Below, piece by piece: positions 11,986 to 20,839 of a stretch of DNA of 64,000 nucleotides. This stretch comes from Polyangiales bacterium. GTDB lineage: Bacteria > Myxococcota_A > Polyangia > Polyangiales > Ga0077539. The position numbers were made by a program, and so were the translations under genes. Positions within the stretch are counted from its first letter, which is position 1. Each line of letters begins with the position of its first letter. The stretch spans positions 584,142-648,141 of the forward strand of contig JAXLYI010000003.1 of assembly GCA_046351555.1 (NCBI GenBank), in the 5' to 3' direction. The notes under the pieces are model-generated. The model saw only the letters and a list, made by a program, of their open reading frames with translations, did no database searches and was not told where the DNA came from.

Positions 11986-12542
11986 GGCGCGCCGCGCTCG
12001 CAGTCAGCCTCGCGGTCTTCGCGTGCTCCGCTGCGTCGCGCGTCGCGGAGCCGCCCGTCGCCGCCACCGAGAGCCACGGCGCGGACGGCGGGGAGACCGC
12101 GGTGTTCCGCGACGCGTCGGTGGAGGCGCGGGTTGCGGACGCGGAGACGGCGTGGCTCCTCGCGCACCTCGCCGACGAGCCCGACCCGACCCACGTCGGC
12201 GAGAGCGACGCCGTCCGCCGACTCGCATCGCGGGGAGCTCCGGGGGCGCTCGCGGTGGCGGAGGTGTTCCGCGTCGGTGATGAGCGGCGGCTTCCGTACG
12301 CGCGGCGCGTGGTCGAGCGCGTGGCCGGGCGGCGCTGCCTGCACGATCGCGCGCGGACGGCGCGGGTGGTCGCGTGGCTCTGCGCGGGCGGGGTTCCTCC
12401 GGCGCTCGATGCCGACGCGGGCGTCGCGTGGACGGGCGGCGACGGGCGGTGGCCCAACGATTCCGTCGACCGGCTCCGGGCGTGGGCGATGGCCGGTGCT
12501 CCATGCGATCCCGACGTCCCCGACGCGGGCGCGGCGCCCTGA
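11982..12542 (+). CDS. Putative lipoprotein, unknown function
   Basis: The GTG at 11982 overlaps the ygfZ stop in a GTGA. The N-terminus VRRAALAVSLAVFACS has a signal peptide plus lipobox Cys. It is in frame with the tail of track ORF 10857..12542. Confidence 0.6.
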   Translation: MRRAALAVSLAVFACSAASRVAEPPVAATESHGADGGETAVFRDASVEARVADAETAWLLAHLADEPDPTHVGESDAVRRLASRGAPGALAVAEVFRVGDERRLPYARRVVERVAGRRCLHDRARTARVVAWLCAGGVPPALDADAGVAWTGGDGRWPNDSVDRLRAWAMAGAPCDPDVPDAGAAP

Positions 12543-12707
12543 CGCGGCGTCCGCCCTGACATCCGCGACAGACTTCCCAAGCGCGCCGCTCCCCGTGCAG
12601 ACTCTCTCGCACGCAGCGGTGGCGCGGACGGCGCCTCGCGGGTGGAGGCCGCATGAGGCGAGCCCCACCGGGTGTGTGCTTCGTCCTCGGAGGTCACGAT
12701 CTCTTCC

Positions 12708-14822
12708 ATGAAACGCGAACGACTCAGGTTCCTCGTCCCGCTCCTCGTCGCGGTGGGCGCGTGCTCCGACCCCGCCCCCGTGGCCCCGCGCCCCGACGTG
12801 CCCGGCGACACCGCCGCCGACCAGAGCGCGCCCGACGTCGGCGACGATGTCACCAACGAGCTCCCGCCCGCGCCCGACGGCGACCAGCCCGACGCCGAGC
12901 CCCCGCCCGACGCCGCGGACGACACGCCCGTCACGCCCGACAAGCCGCCGCCCCCCGACGACGTGCAGCCCGACGTCATCGTCGAGCCCGACGTGCCGCC
13001 GCCGCCCGACGTCATCGTCGAGCCCGACGTGCCCCCGCCCCCCGACGCGCCGCCGCCGCCCGACGTCGTGGTGATGCCCGACGTGCCCCCGCCGCCGATG
13101 GACGTGATGCCGCCGCCCGACGTCGTCACGCCGCCCGACGCGCCCCCGCCCCCTGATGCGACGCCCGACGTCCCCGTCGGCCCCGCGTGCCCCAACGGCA
13201 TCACCGACTCGTGCCTCCCCGCCGGCACGACGAGCCGCTGCGCCGACCTCAACGACGGCCGCCCGCACACCATCGTGTTCACGGGCTTCGCCAACGGCAT
13301 CGCCGCGAGCTGCGAGGGAACCGGGACCGGCGGCGGCCCCGACGGCATCGTCCCGCTCACGCTCACGCGCCCGAGCAGCGACATCACCATCACCAACATG
13401 CCCACCGGCGGCGCGACCTCGGTGCTCGCGCTCTACCGCCCCTCCGGCTGCGGCACGGCCGCGCAGGAGGCCGCGTGCGCCAACTCCGGCGTGATGGGCG
13501 GCACCACGCTCCGCGCGACCAACCTCCCGCCGGGCACCTACTGGGTGCAGGTGTCGTCCAACTCCGGCGCCGCCACCATCGTGCAGGCGACCGTCGCCGC
13601 GTCGCCGCCGCGCGTGATGGGCGACGCCTGCCCCGGCGTCACGGTCACGCCCGACATGGGCCCGGCCACGGTCTCCACCATGGGCTTCGCCGCCAACGGC
13701 GACTACGGGACTTCCTGCGGCGGCGCCACGGCCGGCAACGGCGACGCGGTGTTCACCTTCACCACGACGGCCGCGCGCGACGTGACCGTCGACGTGAGCG
13801 CCACCGGCGCCGCGGCGATCTCCGCGGAGCTCACCCGCACCTGCGGCGACCGCGCGACGGCCGTCCCGATGTGCGCGATGGGCAACCCCGCGCGCCGCAC
13901 GTACCGCAACCTCCCCGCGGGCACCTACTACGTCACGGTCGCCTACGGCACCGGCACGCGCTCGCTCATCGCGTCGGTCACCACCGCCGCCGCCACCGTG
14001 CCCAACGCCGCCGACGCCTGCCCCGGCGCGCCCCTCACCGCCGGCACCGCCGCGACGGTGATGGTGAGCCAGCTCACGCCCGGCACCGCGCCCCTCGCCT
14101 GCCAGACGGGCGTCACCGCCGACGGCGCGTGGACCTTCGCCGCCCCCGCCGCGGGCAACGACGTCCTCGTCAACGTCGCCTCCAGCAACGGCAACGTCGG
14201 CTTCCAGCTCCAGCGCCCCTGCGGCGGCACCAACGTCGGCGCCTGCGTCGGCAGCGCCCCGTCGATCTGGCAGCGCTACACCGGGCTCACCGCCGGCGCC
14301 ACGCACGCCGTCGTCGCCGGCACCAACGCCGGCACCGGCGCCGTCTCCGTGCTCTACCGCACCGTGCCGACGCCCACCACGGCGATGGTCACCAACAACA
14401 ACGCCTGCATGACCGCGCAGAACGTCCCCGCCACCGGCGGCATCTTCCGCGGCTCGACGGCGATGAGCAACACGCGCACGGGAACCGGCGCGGCCGGGAC
14501 GCTCGCGCTGCCGATGGGCTGCGCCAACGCCACCTGCCTCGGCGCGCGGACGGTGTTCTACCGCCTCGCGCTCACCGCCCGCAGCCGCGTCGTCGCCACC
14601 ATGACCGGCGAGATGAACTTCGACACCCTCCTCTTCATCCGCGGCGGCGCCACCTGCCCCGGCGACAACGTCGCCGGCGCCTGCAACGACGACCGGGTCG
14701 GCCTCAACTCGCAGGTCGACACCACCCTCAACCCGGGCACCTACTGGATCCTCGCCTCCGGCTGCGGCGTCGCGCAGCAGGGCAACTACACCCTCGACGT
14801 CGCCGTCCTCCCGCCCGGCTGA
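12708..14822 (+). CDS. Lipoprotein with a Pro/Asp-rich linker and four tandem pre-peptidase-C-terminal (PPC)-like Cys-containing modules
   Basis: MKRERLRFLVPLLVAVGACS provides the lipobox, followed by about 135 aa of PDV/PPPPD repeats. Four modules of about 125-140 aa follow, each ending in a PGTYWV, AGTYYV or PGTYWI type motif. Confidence 0.75.
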   Translation: MKRERLRFLVPLLVAVGACSDPAPVAPRPDVPGDTAADQSAPDVGDDVTNELPPAPDGDQPDAEPPPDAADDTPVTPDKPPPPDDVQPDVIVEPDVPPPPDVIVEPDVPPPPDAPPPPDVVVMPDVPPPPMDVMPPPDVVTPPDAPPPPDATPDVPVGPACPNGITDSCLPAGTTSRCADLNDGRPHTIVFTGFANGIAASCEGTGTGGGPDGIVPLTLTRPSSDITITNMPTGGATSVLALYRPSGCGTAAQEAACANSGVMGGTTLRATNLPPGTYWVQVSSNSGAATIVQATVAASPPRVMGDACPGVTVTPDMGPATVSTMGFAANGDYGTSCGGATAGNGDAVFTFTTTAARDVTVDVSATGAAAISAELTRTCGDRATAVPMCAMGNPARRTYRNLPAGTYYVTVAYGTGTRSLIASVTTAAATVPNAADACPGAPLTAGTAATVMVSQLTPGTAPLACQTGVTADGAWTFAAPAAGNDVLVNVASSNGNVGFQLQRPCGGTNVGACVGSAPSIWQRYTGLTAGATHAVVAGTNAGTGAVSVLYRTVPTPTTAMVTNNNACMTAQNVPATGGIFRGSTAMSNTRTGTGAAGTLALPMGCANATCLGARTVFYRLALTARSRVVATMTGEMNFDTLLFIRGGATCPGDNVAGACNDDRVGLNSQVDTTLNPGTYWILASGCGVAQQGNYTLDVAVLPPG
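12969..13040 (+). repeat. Direct 36-nt tandem duplication inside the linker-coding region (encodes PDVIVEPDVPPP twice)
   Basis: CCCGACGTCATCGTCGAGCCCGACGTGCCGCCGCCG (12969-13004) is followed by a 34/36-identical copy (13005-13040). It is embedded in many CCCGACGT octamers. Confidence 0.8.
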
Positions 14823-14920
14823 CGCCCCCTCGATCGAGCGGCGGGCGGAGGCTTCGCCACGCGACCTCACCCGCCGCTCGCGTCCCGCCTGCGTTCTGCT
14901 CTATCCTCCGCGGCGTCCTG

Positions 14921-16876
14921 ATGGCCGCCCCACCGCCCGGTGCCCCGATCGTTTGCCCGCAGTGCGCCATGGCGCTCCCGCCGGACGCGTCGTTCTGCCT
15001 GCGCTGCGGCGCGAAGATCGCGCGCCCCGCCAACGCTCCGCCACGCGCCGCCCCGCCCGCGCCGCAGCCGCCCGCCGTCGCGCAGACGCCGCCGTCGCGC
15101 CAGGCGCAGACGCTCCTCGGCGTCTCGCTGAACGCGCAGGGCACGCCCGTCGCTGCGCCCGCCAACGCACCCGCACCAACGCCCGCGCCCGCGCCAACCC
15201 CGGCGCCCGCATCGCCGCCCGCGTACGCGCCGGCCCCCGCGCCCGCCGGGGCCGCCACGACGGCGTCCGACGGGAGCGCCGGCACCGCGGTTCAGCCGCG
15301 CCGCGTGCCCAACGCGCACGCCACGATGGTCGGCGTCCAGTCGCCCGGCGCCGCCACGCAGAGCGCGCCCCCCGCGACAGCGCCAGCCCCCGCGCCGGCC
15401 CCTGCGCCCACGCCCGCCGCCGCGGTGCCGCACGGCGGAACGATCCACGGCGTCGCCCCCAACACGCCCGCCGCGCCCGCCGTCGCGGGGCCCGCGCCGG
15501 GACGCTCGGGCACGATGCTCGGCGTCGCCGCGCCCGTGAGCTCCACCGGCCGCCACCGCAAGGACGTGATGCTCGCCGACGAGCCCCGCGCGAGCGCGCC
15601 GCCGCACGAGCCCGCGCCCGCGCCGAAGCCCGCGGCGCGACCGCCCGCCGCGCGCACGTGGGACGACGAGTTCCCGGTGCAGAAGAAGCCGCCGTCGCGG
15701 GCGTGGGTGGGGGTGCTCGCGCTCGTCGCGGCGGGCGCGCTCGGCGTGGGGGCGGTGCTCTGGTACCGCGCGCGGCCCGCGCCGACGCCTTCGCTCCCCG
15801 CGACGCTGCGCACGATGCCCGACGGCACCACCGCGGTCGCGCTCACCGTCCCCGGCGCCGCCGCGGGCACGCGCGTTCGAACCGGCGGCGTCGAGCGCCC
15901 CCTCGACGCTGAGGGGCGCGCCGAGCTCCCGGTCACGCTCCCCGCCGACCGCGTCGGTGACGTGGAGGTGCCCGTCGAGGTCGTCCCGCCGTCGGGCGCC
16001 GCCGAGCGCCGAACCGTCCGCCTCGTCGTCGCCTGGAGCGCCACCACCGACCTCTCGAAGCTCGGCGAGGAGCGCCCGCGCATCCACGTGGTGTTCCGCG
16101 TCGTGCGCGGCGCGTCGCTGTGGGTGGAGGGCACGTCCATCCGCGTGTCGGGCGACACGGGCATCGCGGAGATCCCCGTCGCGCCGACGCCCGCGCGCGA
16201 GGGCGACGGCACCTTCCGCAGCGCGATCGCCGTCCGCGTCGCGCTCCCCGCGGGCGGCTCGTCCGAGGGCCGCTACGAGATCGTCGCGCCCCGCATCGCG
16301 CTCCGCCTCACGCAGCCGCCCGTGGCCCTCACGCGCGACGCCACGCTGGTGGTCAACGGCACGGCGCCGCGCGCCACGCGCGTCTCGGTGCGGGGCCAGC
16401 CGGCGACGGTCACGGGCGACACGTGGTCGGCGGTGGTGCCGCTCACCGCGGGCTCCAACGCGCTGGAGGTCGAGGCCTTCGGCGCCGGCGCGCCCGCCTC
16501 CGCGCGGCTCGTCGCCTACCGCGACGTCACCCCCGAGCAGTACCTCGCCCTCAACGGCGGCGACCGCGGCGTCGCGGCCCTCGTCGCGCGCCCGGTGGTC
16601 GACGGCGCGCGCGTCCGCGTCGCCGGCACGCTCGTCGGCAGCGCGATCGAGACGCCCGAGGGCCGCTCGATCCAGCTCGTGGTGGAGAACCGCGCGTGCC
16701 CCGGCGGCCGCTGCACCGCGTGGGTGGACGTCGCGCGCACCACGGAGGTCGCGGGCAACACCCCGGTCGAGGTCGTCGGCGAGCTGCGCGGCGCGCGGAG
16801 CTACAGCACCACCTCGGGCGAGCGCCGCACCGACCCGGTGATCGTCGCCGTCGCCCTCACCCCGCGGCGGCCGTGA
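14921..16876 (+). CDS. Zinc-ribbon membrane protein with an Ala/Pro-rich region and a C-terminal extracytoplasmic beta-rich region
   Basis: MAAPPPGAPIVCPQCAMALPPDASFCLRCGAKI is a CxxC..CxxC zinc ribbon. It is followed by long APAPAP tracts and one TM helix (AWVGVLALVAAGALGVGAVLWY). It is in frame with the tail of ORF 13187..16876. Confidence 0.7.
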   Translation: MAAPPPGAPIVCPQCAMALPPDASFCLRCGAKIARPANAPPRAAPPAPQPPAVAQTPPSRQAQTLLGVSLNAQGTPVAAPANAPAPTPAPAPTPAPASPPAYAPAPAPAGAATTASDGSAGTAVQPRRVPNAHATMVGVQSPGAATQSAPPATAPAPAPAPAPTPAAAVPHGGTIHGVAPNTPAAPAVAGPAPGRSGTMLGVAAPVSSTGRHRKDVMLADEPRASAPPHEPAPAPKPAARPPAARTWDDEFPVQKKPPSRAWVGVLALVAAGALGVGAVLWYRARPAPTPSLPATLRTMPDGTTAVALTVPGAAAGTRVRTGGVERPLDAEGRAELPVTLPADRVGDVEVPVEVVPPSGAAERRTVRLVVAWSATTDLSKLGEERPRIHVVFRVVRGASLWVEGTSIRVSGDTGIAEIPVAPTPAREGDGTFRSAIAVRVALPAGGSSEGRYEIVAPRIALRLTQPPVALTRDATLVVNGTAPRATRVSVRGQPATVTGDTWSAVVPLTAGSNALEVEAFGAGAPASARLVAYRDVTPEQYLALNGGDRGVAALVARPVVDGARVRVAGTLVGSAIETPEGRSIQLVVENRACPGGRCTAWVDVARTTEVAGNTPVEVVGELRGARSYSTTSGERRTDPVIVAVALTPRRP

Positions 16877-17964
16877 GGCCCCTCGCCGCCTCGCTGCTCC
16901 TCCTCGCGGCCCCCGCGGCCGCCGTGCCCGCGCGCGCCGGCCGCGCCGTCGCCCTCGCGCGCGCCGCGGAGGTCGCGCCCGTCCCCTTCCCCGCGCACGC
17001 CTGGTCCGCGATGCAGCGCGTGGAGCTCCCGTCGCCCTGCGCCACGCCCGCCGTCACGCTCCCCGACGGAACCGTCGCCGTCGGGCTCGAGGCGCCGCCC
17101 GCGGTCGCGTTCGTCGGCCGCGACGGGCAGCGCATCGCCCTCGCCCGCCTCGAGCGCCGCATCACGCAGCCCCTCGCCGTCGGCCGCGACGGGCGCGTGT
17201 GGGTCGTCGCCGACCGCTTCGTCTTCACCGTCGCCCCCGACGGGACCGTGCGCTCCACCGCGGAGCTCTACGGCCGCGTCGAGGGCCCCGCCACCGTCCG
17301 CGCCGACGGGAGCGCCGTGGTCGTCGGCGGCTCCAACCGCGCGAGCGTCGAGTACACGCTGCTCTCCCCCGAAGGCGACCCCGTGGGCGTGCGCGCGCCG
17401 GGGCCCGTCACCCTCTCCGACCGCGCCGTCCTCGCCGACGGGCGCATCGCGGCGTCCGACGGGCGCGCGCTGGTGTTCCTCGACGAGCATGGGGGGCTGA
17501 CGCGCGCGGCCACGGTGCCCGACCTCCGCCACCTCGCGCCCCTCGGCGCGGGCCTCGCGATGGCCGCCGACCGCGCGCTCTTCCTCACGACGCCCGACGG
17601 CACCGTCGCGCGCCGCCTCGACCTGCCCGACGCGCCCCTCTGGCTCGCGCCCCTCGGGCCCCGACGCGTCGGCGTCGCGCTCGCCGGCACCACGCCCCAG
17701 CTCTGGATCGTCGACGCCGCCGGCGACCTCGCCGCCCGCGCCCCCCTCCCCCACGGCGCGGGCGCGCCCCTCGTCGACCCCGCGGGCGCCGCGCTCATCC
17801 CCGCGCGCGGCGGCGACGTCGTGTGCGTCGCGCCCGACGGCGCCGAACGTTGGCGGCTCACCGTCGCCGAAGCGCTCCGCCCGCCCGCAACGCCGCTCCC
17901 GCGCGGCGGCGTCGCGATCGCCACCGAGGGCTCCGGCCTCCTGCTCTTCGGCGACGGCCCGTGA
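16873..17964 (+). CDS. Secreted repeat protein (PQQ/BamB-like beta-propeller style DG-T/R-V repeats)
   Basis: The GTG at 16873 overlaps the previous stop in a GTGA. The signal peptide is VRPLAASLLLLAAPAAAVPARA. There are about 12 recurrences of PDGTV, RDGRV or ADGRI type motifs. Confidence 0.6.
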   Translation: MRPLAASLLLLAAPAAAVPARAGRAVALARAAEVAPVPFPAHAWSAMQRVELPSPCATPAVTLPDGTVAVGLEAPPAVAFVGRDGQRIALARLERRITQPLAVGRDGRVWVVADRFVFTVAPDGTVRSTAELYGRVEGPATVRADGSAVVVGGSNRASVEYTLLSPEGDPVGVRAPGPVTLSDRAVLADGRIAASDGRALVFLDEHGGLTRAATVPDLRHLAPLGAGLAMAADRALFLTTPDGTVARRLDLPDAPLWLAPLGPRRVGVALAGTTPQLWIVDAAGDLAARAPLPHGAGAPLVDPAGAALIPARGGDVVCVAPDGAERWRLTVAEALRPPATPLPRGGVAIATEGSGLLLFGDGP

Positions 17965-18995
17965 AGCTCACCGACCTCGACTACGAGCTCCCCGAGGAGC
18001 TCATCGCCACCACGCCCCCCGCCGCGCGCGACGGCGGCCGCCTGCTCGTCGTCGACCCCGCCGCTGACGCCCTCGCCCACGCGTCGGTCCGCGACCTCGT
18101 TGCGCTCATCCCCGCGGGCGCGCTGCTGGTGGTCAACGACACGCGGGTGATCCCCGCCCGCCTGCGCGCGGTGAAGCCCACCGGCGGGCGCGCGGAGTTT
18201 CTTCTGGTGCGCGCGCTCGACCCCGAGGCGCGTCGGTGGACGGCCCTCGGGCGCGCTTCGAAGGGCCTGCGCGACGGCGCGGTGGTTCGCGTGGCCGACG
18301 GGTTCGACGTCCGCGTCGACGGGCGCGACGAGGACGGCGCGCTGCGCGTGACGCTGCTCACCGACGACCCGTGGCGCGCGATCGAGGCGCACGGCGAGGT
18401 GCCGCTCCCGCCGTACATGCGACGCACCCCCGACGCGGGCGACCGCGAGCGCTACCAGACGGTGTTCGCGCGCGACCCGGGCGCGGTGGCGGCGCCGACC
18501 GCGGGGCTCCACTTCACCGAGGCGATGTTCGAAGCGCTCGCGGCGCGCGGCGTCGAGCGCGCGGCGGTGACGCTCCACGTCGGGCCCGGCACCTTCGCGC
18601 CGGTGGTGGTCGACGACCTCGACCGCCACGCGATGCACGCCGAGCGGTACGCCGTCCCCGACAGCACCGCCGAACGCGTGGAGGCCGCGCGACGCACCGG
18701 GCGGCCGGTGGTGGCGGTGGGAACGACGGTGGTCCGCACGCTGGAGTCATGGGCGGCGACGGGCGAACGCGGCGGCGACACGCGGCTCCTCATCCAGCCG
18801 GGCTACGCCTTCCGCGCGGTCGACGCGCTGGTGACCAACCTCCACCTGCCGCGCTCGACGCTGATCGCGCTGGTGATGGCCTTCGCCGGCGTCGAGCTCA
18901 CCCGCCGCGCGTACGCCGAGGCCGTCGCCGCGCGCTACCGCTTCTTCTCCTACGGCGACGCGATGTTCATCCGGCGCGGGGCGCTCGGGGCGTAG
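17961..18995 (+). CDS. queA: S-adenosylmethionine:tRNA ribosyltransferase-isomerase
   Basis: VKLTDLDYELPEELIATTP, VNDTRVIPARL, PLPPYM, AAPTAGLHFT, AVGTTVVRTLES and NLHLPRSTL are classic QueA motifs. The GTG start overlaps the previous stop in a GTGA. Confidence 0.9.
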   Translation: MKLTDLDYELPEELIATTPPAARDGGRLLVVDPAADALAHASVRDLVALIPAGALLVVNDTRVIPARLRAVKPTGGRAEFLLVRALDPEARRWTALGRASKGLRDGAVVRVADGFDVRVDGRDEDGALRVTLLTDDPWRAIEAHGEVPLPPYMRRTPDAGDRERYQTVFARDPGAVAAPTAGLHFTEAMFEALAARGVERAAVTLHVGPGTFAPVVVDDLDRHAMHAERYAVPDSTAERVEAARRTGRPVVAVGTTVVRTLESWAATGERGGDTRLLIQPGYAFRAVDALVTNLHLPRSTLIALVMAFAGVELTRRAYAEAVAARYRFFSYGDAMFIRRGALGA

Positions 18996-18998
18996 CGA

Positions 18999-20006
18999 TC
19001 AGCGGCAGGCGTCGCGCCCGGTGGGGAAGGCGGCGCGGTAGGCCACCAGCGTCTGCACGCACAGGTGCGCGCCGGTGGAGTAGGTCGGGAGCCCGGTGTC
19101 GGCGGTGTCGCCGCCCGAGAGGCCGACGACGAAGCCCGCGGGGTACACGCGCCCCACCTCGGTCGCGTACTGGTTCTGCGGGCGCAGGTGCAGGAAGCGG
19201 AAGCGCAGCCCCGTCACCGAGTCGGTGAACTCCGGCATGTAGCCCCAGCCGTAGACGCCCGTCCGGTCGAGGCGGGCGTTGTGCCGGAGCTGCACGCGGG
19301 TGTTCGCGGCGACGGCGAGGTCGGTGTCGTTCCAGCCCGAGGAGACGTGGGCGTAGGTGAGGGAGGAGTTCCACCACTGGAGGTTGCTGCACGCGAGGGA
19401 ACCGGGCGGCGGCGGGGGGCCGTTGCAGACGTCGTCGACGCCGGTGGGGCGCGCCGAGCACCCGTTGCCCATGCACGACTGCTCCTCCCACGCGCCGCCG
19501 CGGCAGCGCCCGAGGTTGCCCGAGGCGAGGCAGTTCCACACGGTGAAGCCGCTCATCGAGCCGCAGCCGCACACCGCGCCGCCCGCGGTCGCCGTGCAGC
19601 CGTAGGCGCAGCGCTCGGTCTGCACCGCACCGCCGATGCAACGCTGCCGCGACGCGCGATCGCCGGTGCAGGCCCACACGTCCGACTGTCCCGAGGCCGA
19701 CCCCACGCACCGCGGAGGCGCGTCGGGCGCGACGTCCGCGAGGGCCGCCTCCCGCGCGACGTCCGCGACGACATCACGCGCAACGTCCGCCACAACGTCC
19801 GCCGCCACATCCGCCGCGACGTCGGGCGCCGCGTCCGCCGCGGCCTCGCGCGCGACGTCCGGCCGCGCGGCCGCGTCCTCCGCGACGTCCTCAGGCGCGA
19901 CGTCCGCGGGCGCCTCGGCGTCGTCGTCGGGGGGCAGCTCGACTGGCTCCCCCATGCACCCCGCCGCCAGCATCGGGATCAGGAGCGCGCCCGCGTACCT
20001 TCTCAT
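18999..20006 (-). CDS. Lipoprotein with an Asp/Ala/Val repeat linker, a Cys-rich middle region and a C-terminal M23/LytM-like domain with a variant HxC motif
   Basis: MRRYAGALLIPMLAAGC provides the lipobox, followed by ADVA/ADVV repeats. The C-terminus FRFLHLRP...GLSGGDTADTGLPTYSTGAHLCVQ resembles the M23 pattern Y-x-HL ... G-x-TG-x-STGPHLHFE. Family membership is judged by eye only. Confidence 0.6.
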   Translation of the reverse strand: MRRYAGALLIPMLAAGCMGEPVELPPDDDAEAPADVAPEDVAEDAAARPDVAREAAADAAPDVAADVAADVVADVARDVVADVAREAALADVAPDAPPRCVGSASGQSDVWACTGDRASRQRCIGGAVQTERCAYGCTATAGGAVCGCGSMSGFTVWNCLASGNLGRCRGGAWEEQSCMGNGCSARPTGVDDVCNGPPPPPGSLACSNLQWWNSSLTYAHVSSGWNDTDLAVAANTRVQLRHNARLDRTGVYGWGYMPEFTDSVTGLRFRFLHLRPQNQYATEVGRVYPAGFVVGLSGGDTADTGLPTYSTGAHLCVQTLVAYRAAFPTGRDACR

Positions 20007-20153
20007 CGTGGCGCCATCGTAGATCATTCCCCCGGCGCGGCGAAGTCACCCCGCCGCGCCCTCGCGGGGTGCGCGCCCAGGGTGCGGGGTGTCAACGCGA
20101 GCGTGCCAGTGATTGACACGGCCCCGCCGCGGCCCTTTCATCACGACCCCACG

Positions 20154-20762
20154 ATGACCGACCTCTTCCACGACAAGGCCGCCGACTGGGACGCCCGCCC
20201 CGTCCCGCAGCAGATCTCCCAGGGCGTCGTCCCCGCGATCCTCGCGCGCGTCGCGCCCGCGCCCGACGCGACCGTGATGGACTTCGGCGCCGGCACCGGG
20301 CTTCTCGCTGCCGGGCTCGCCCCGCACGTCGGCCACCTCCACGCGGTCGACATCTCCGAGTCGATGCTCGCGCAGCTCGCCGCGAAGGAGGCCCTCCGCG
20401 GCAAGGTGACGGTGCACCGCCACGACCTCCTCCAGGCCCCCCTCGACGTCCGCGTCGACCTCGTGGTGAGTGCGATGGCGATGCACCACGTCGCCGACAC
20501 CGCGGCGCTCGTGCGGGCCTTCGCCGCGCAGCTCCGACCGGGCGGGCGCGTCGCCCTCGCCGACCTCGACGCGGAGGACGGGAGCTTCCACCCGCCCAAC
20601 ACCGACGGGGTCTTCCACGCAGGCTTCGACCGCGCCGCGCTCGCCGGACTGCTCACCGCGGCGGGCTTCGTCGACGTTGCCTTCGACACCGCGGTGGTCG
20701 TGCAGAAGGAGGGGCGGAGCTACCCCGTCTTCCTCGCGACGGCGCGCCTCGCCGCGGCCTGA
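20154..20762 (+). CDS. Class I SAM-dependent methyltransferase
   Basis: VMDFGAGTGLLAAGLA is SAM-binding motif I, and the LVVSAMAMHHV and LRPGGRVALADL motifs are also present. The gene is 203 codons ending at 20762. Confidence 0.85.
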   Translation: MTDLFHDKAADWDARPVPQQISQGVVPAILARVAPAPDATVMDFGAGTGLLAAGLAPHVGHLHAVDISESMLAQLAAKEALRGKVTVHRHDLLQAPLDVRVDLVVSAMAMHHVADTAALVRAFAAQLRPGGRVALADLDAEDGSFHPPNTDGVFHAGFDRAALAGLLTAAGFVDVAFDTAVVVQKEGRSYPVFLATARLAAA

Positions 20763-20839
20763 CCGGCGCCCCCGTCAAACGCCGCCGCCGGGTCGTCCAC
20801 CGGCGACACGCGGCGCGCGCGGGTGATAGAAGTGCCGCC

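Noticed and set aside
11709-14870. 1053-aa minus-strand ORF
   Set aside because: It is antisense to ygfZ, a lipoprotein gene and the PPC-module lipoprotein. It is a Gly/Arg/Ala/Asp-rich repeat with no recognisable domain.
13187-14920. N-terminal 578 aa of ORF 13187..16876
   Set aside because: It is an out-of-frame shadow of the PPC-module lipoprotein (Arg/His/Pro-rich). The real gene starts at the ATG at 14921 with a zinc-ribbon motif.
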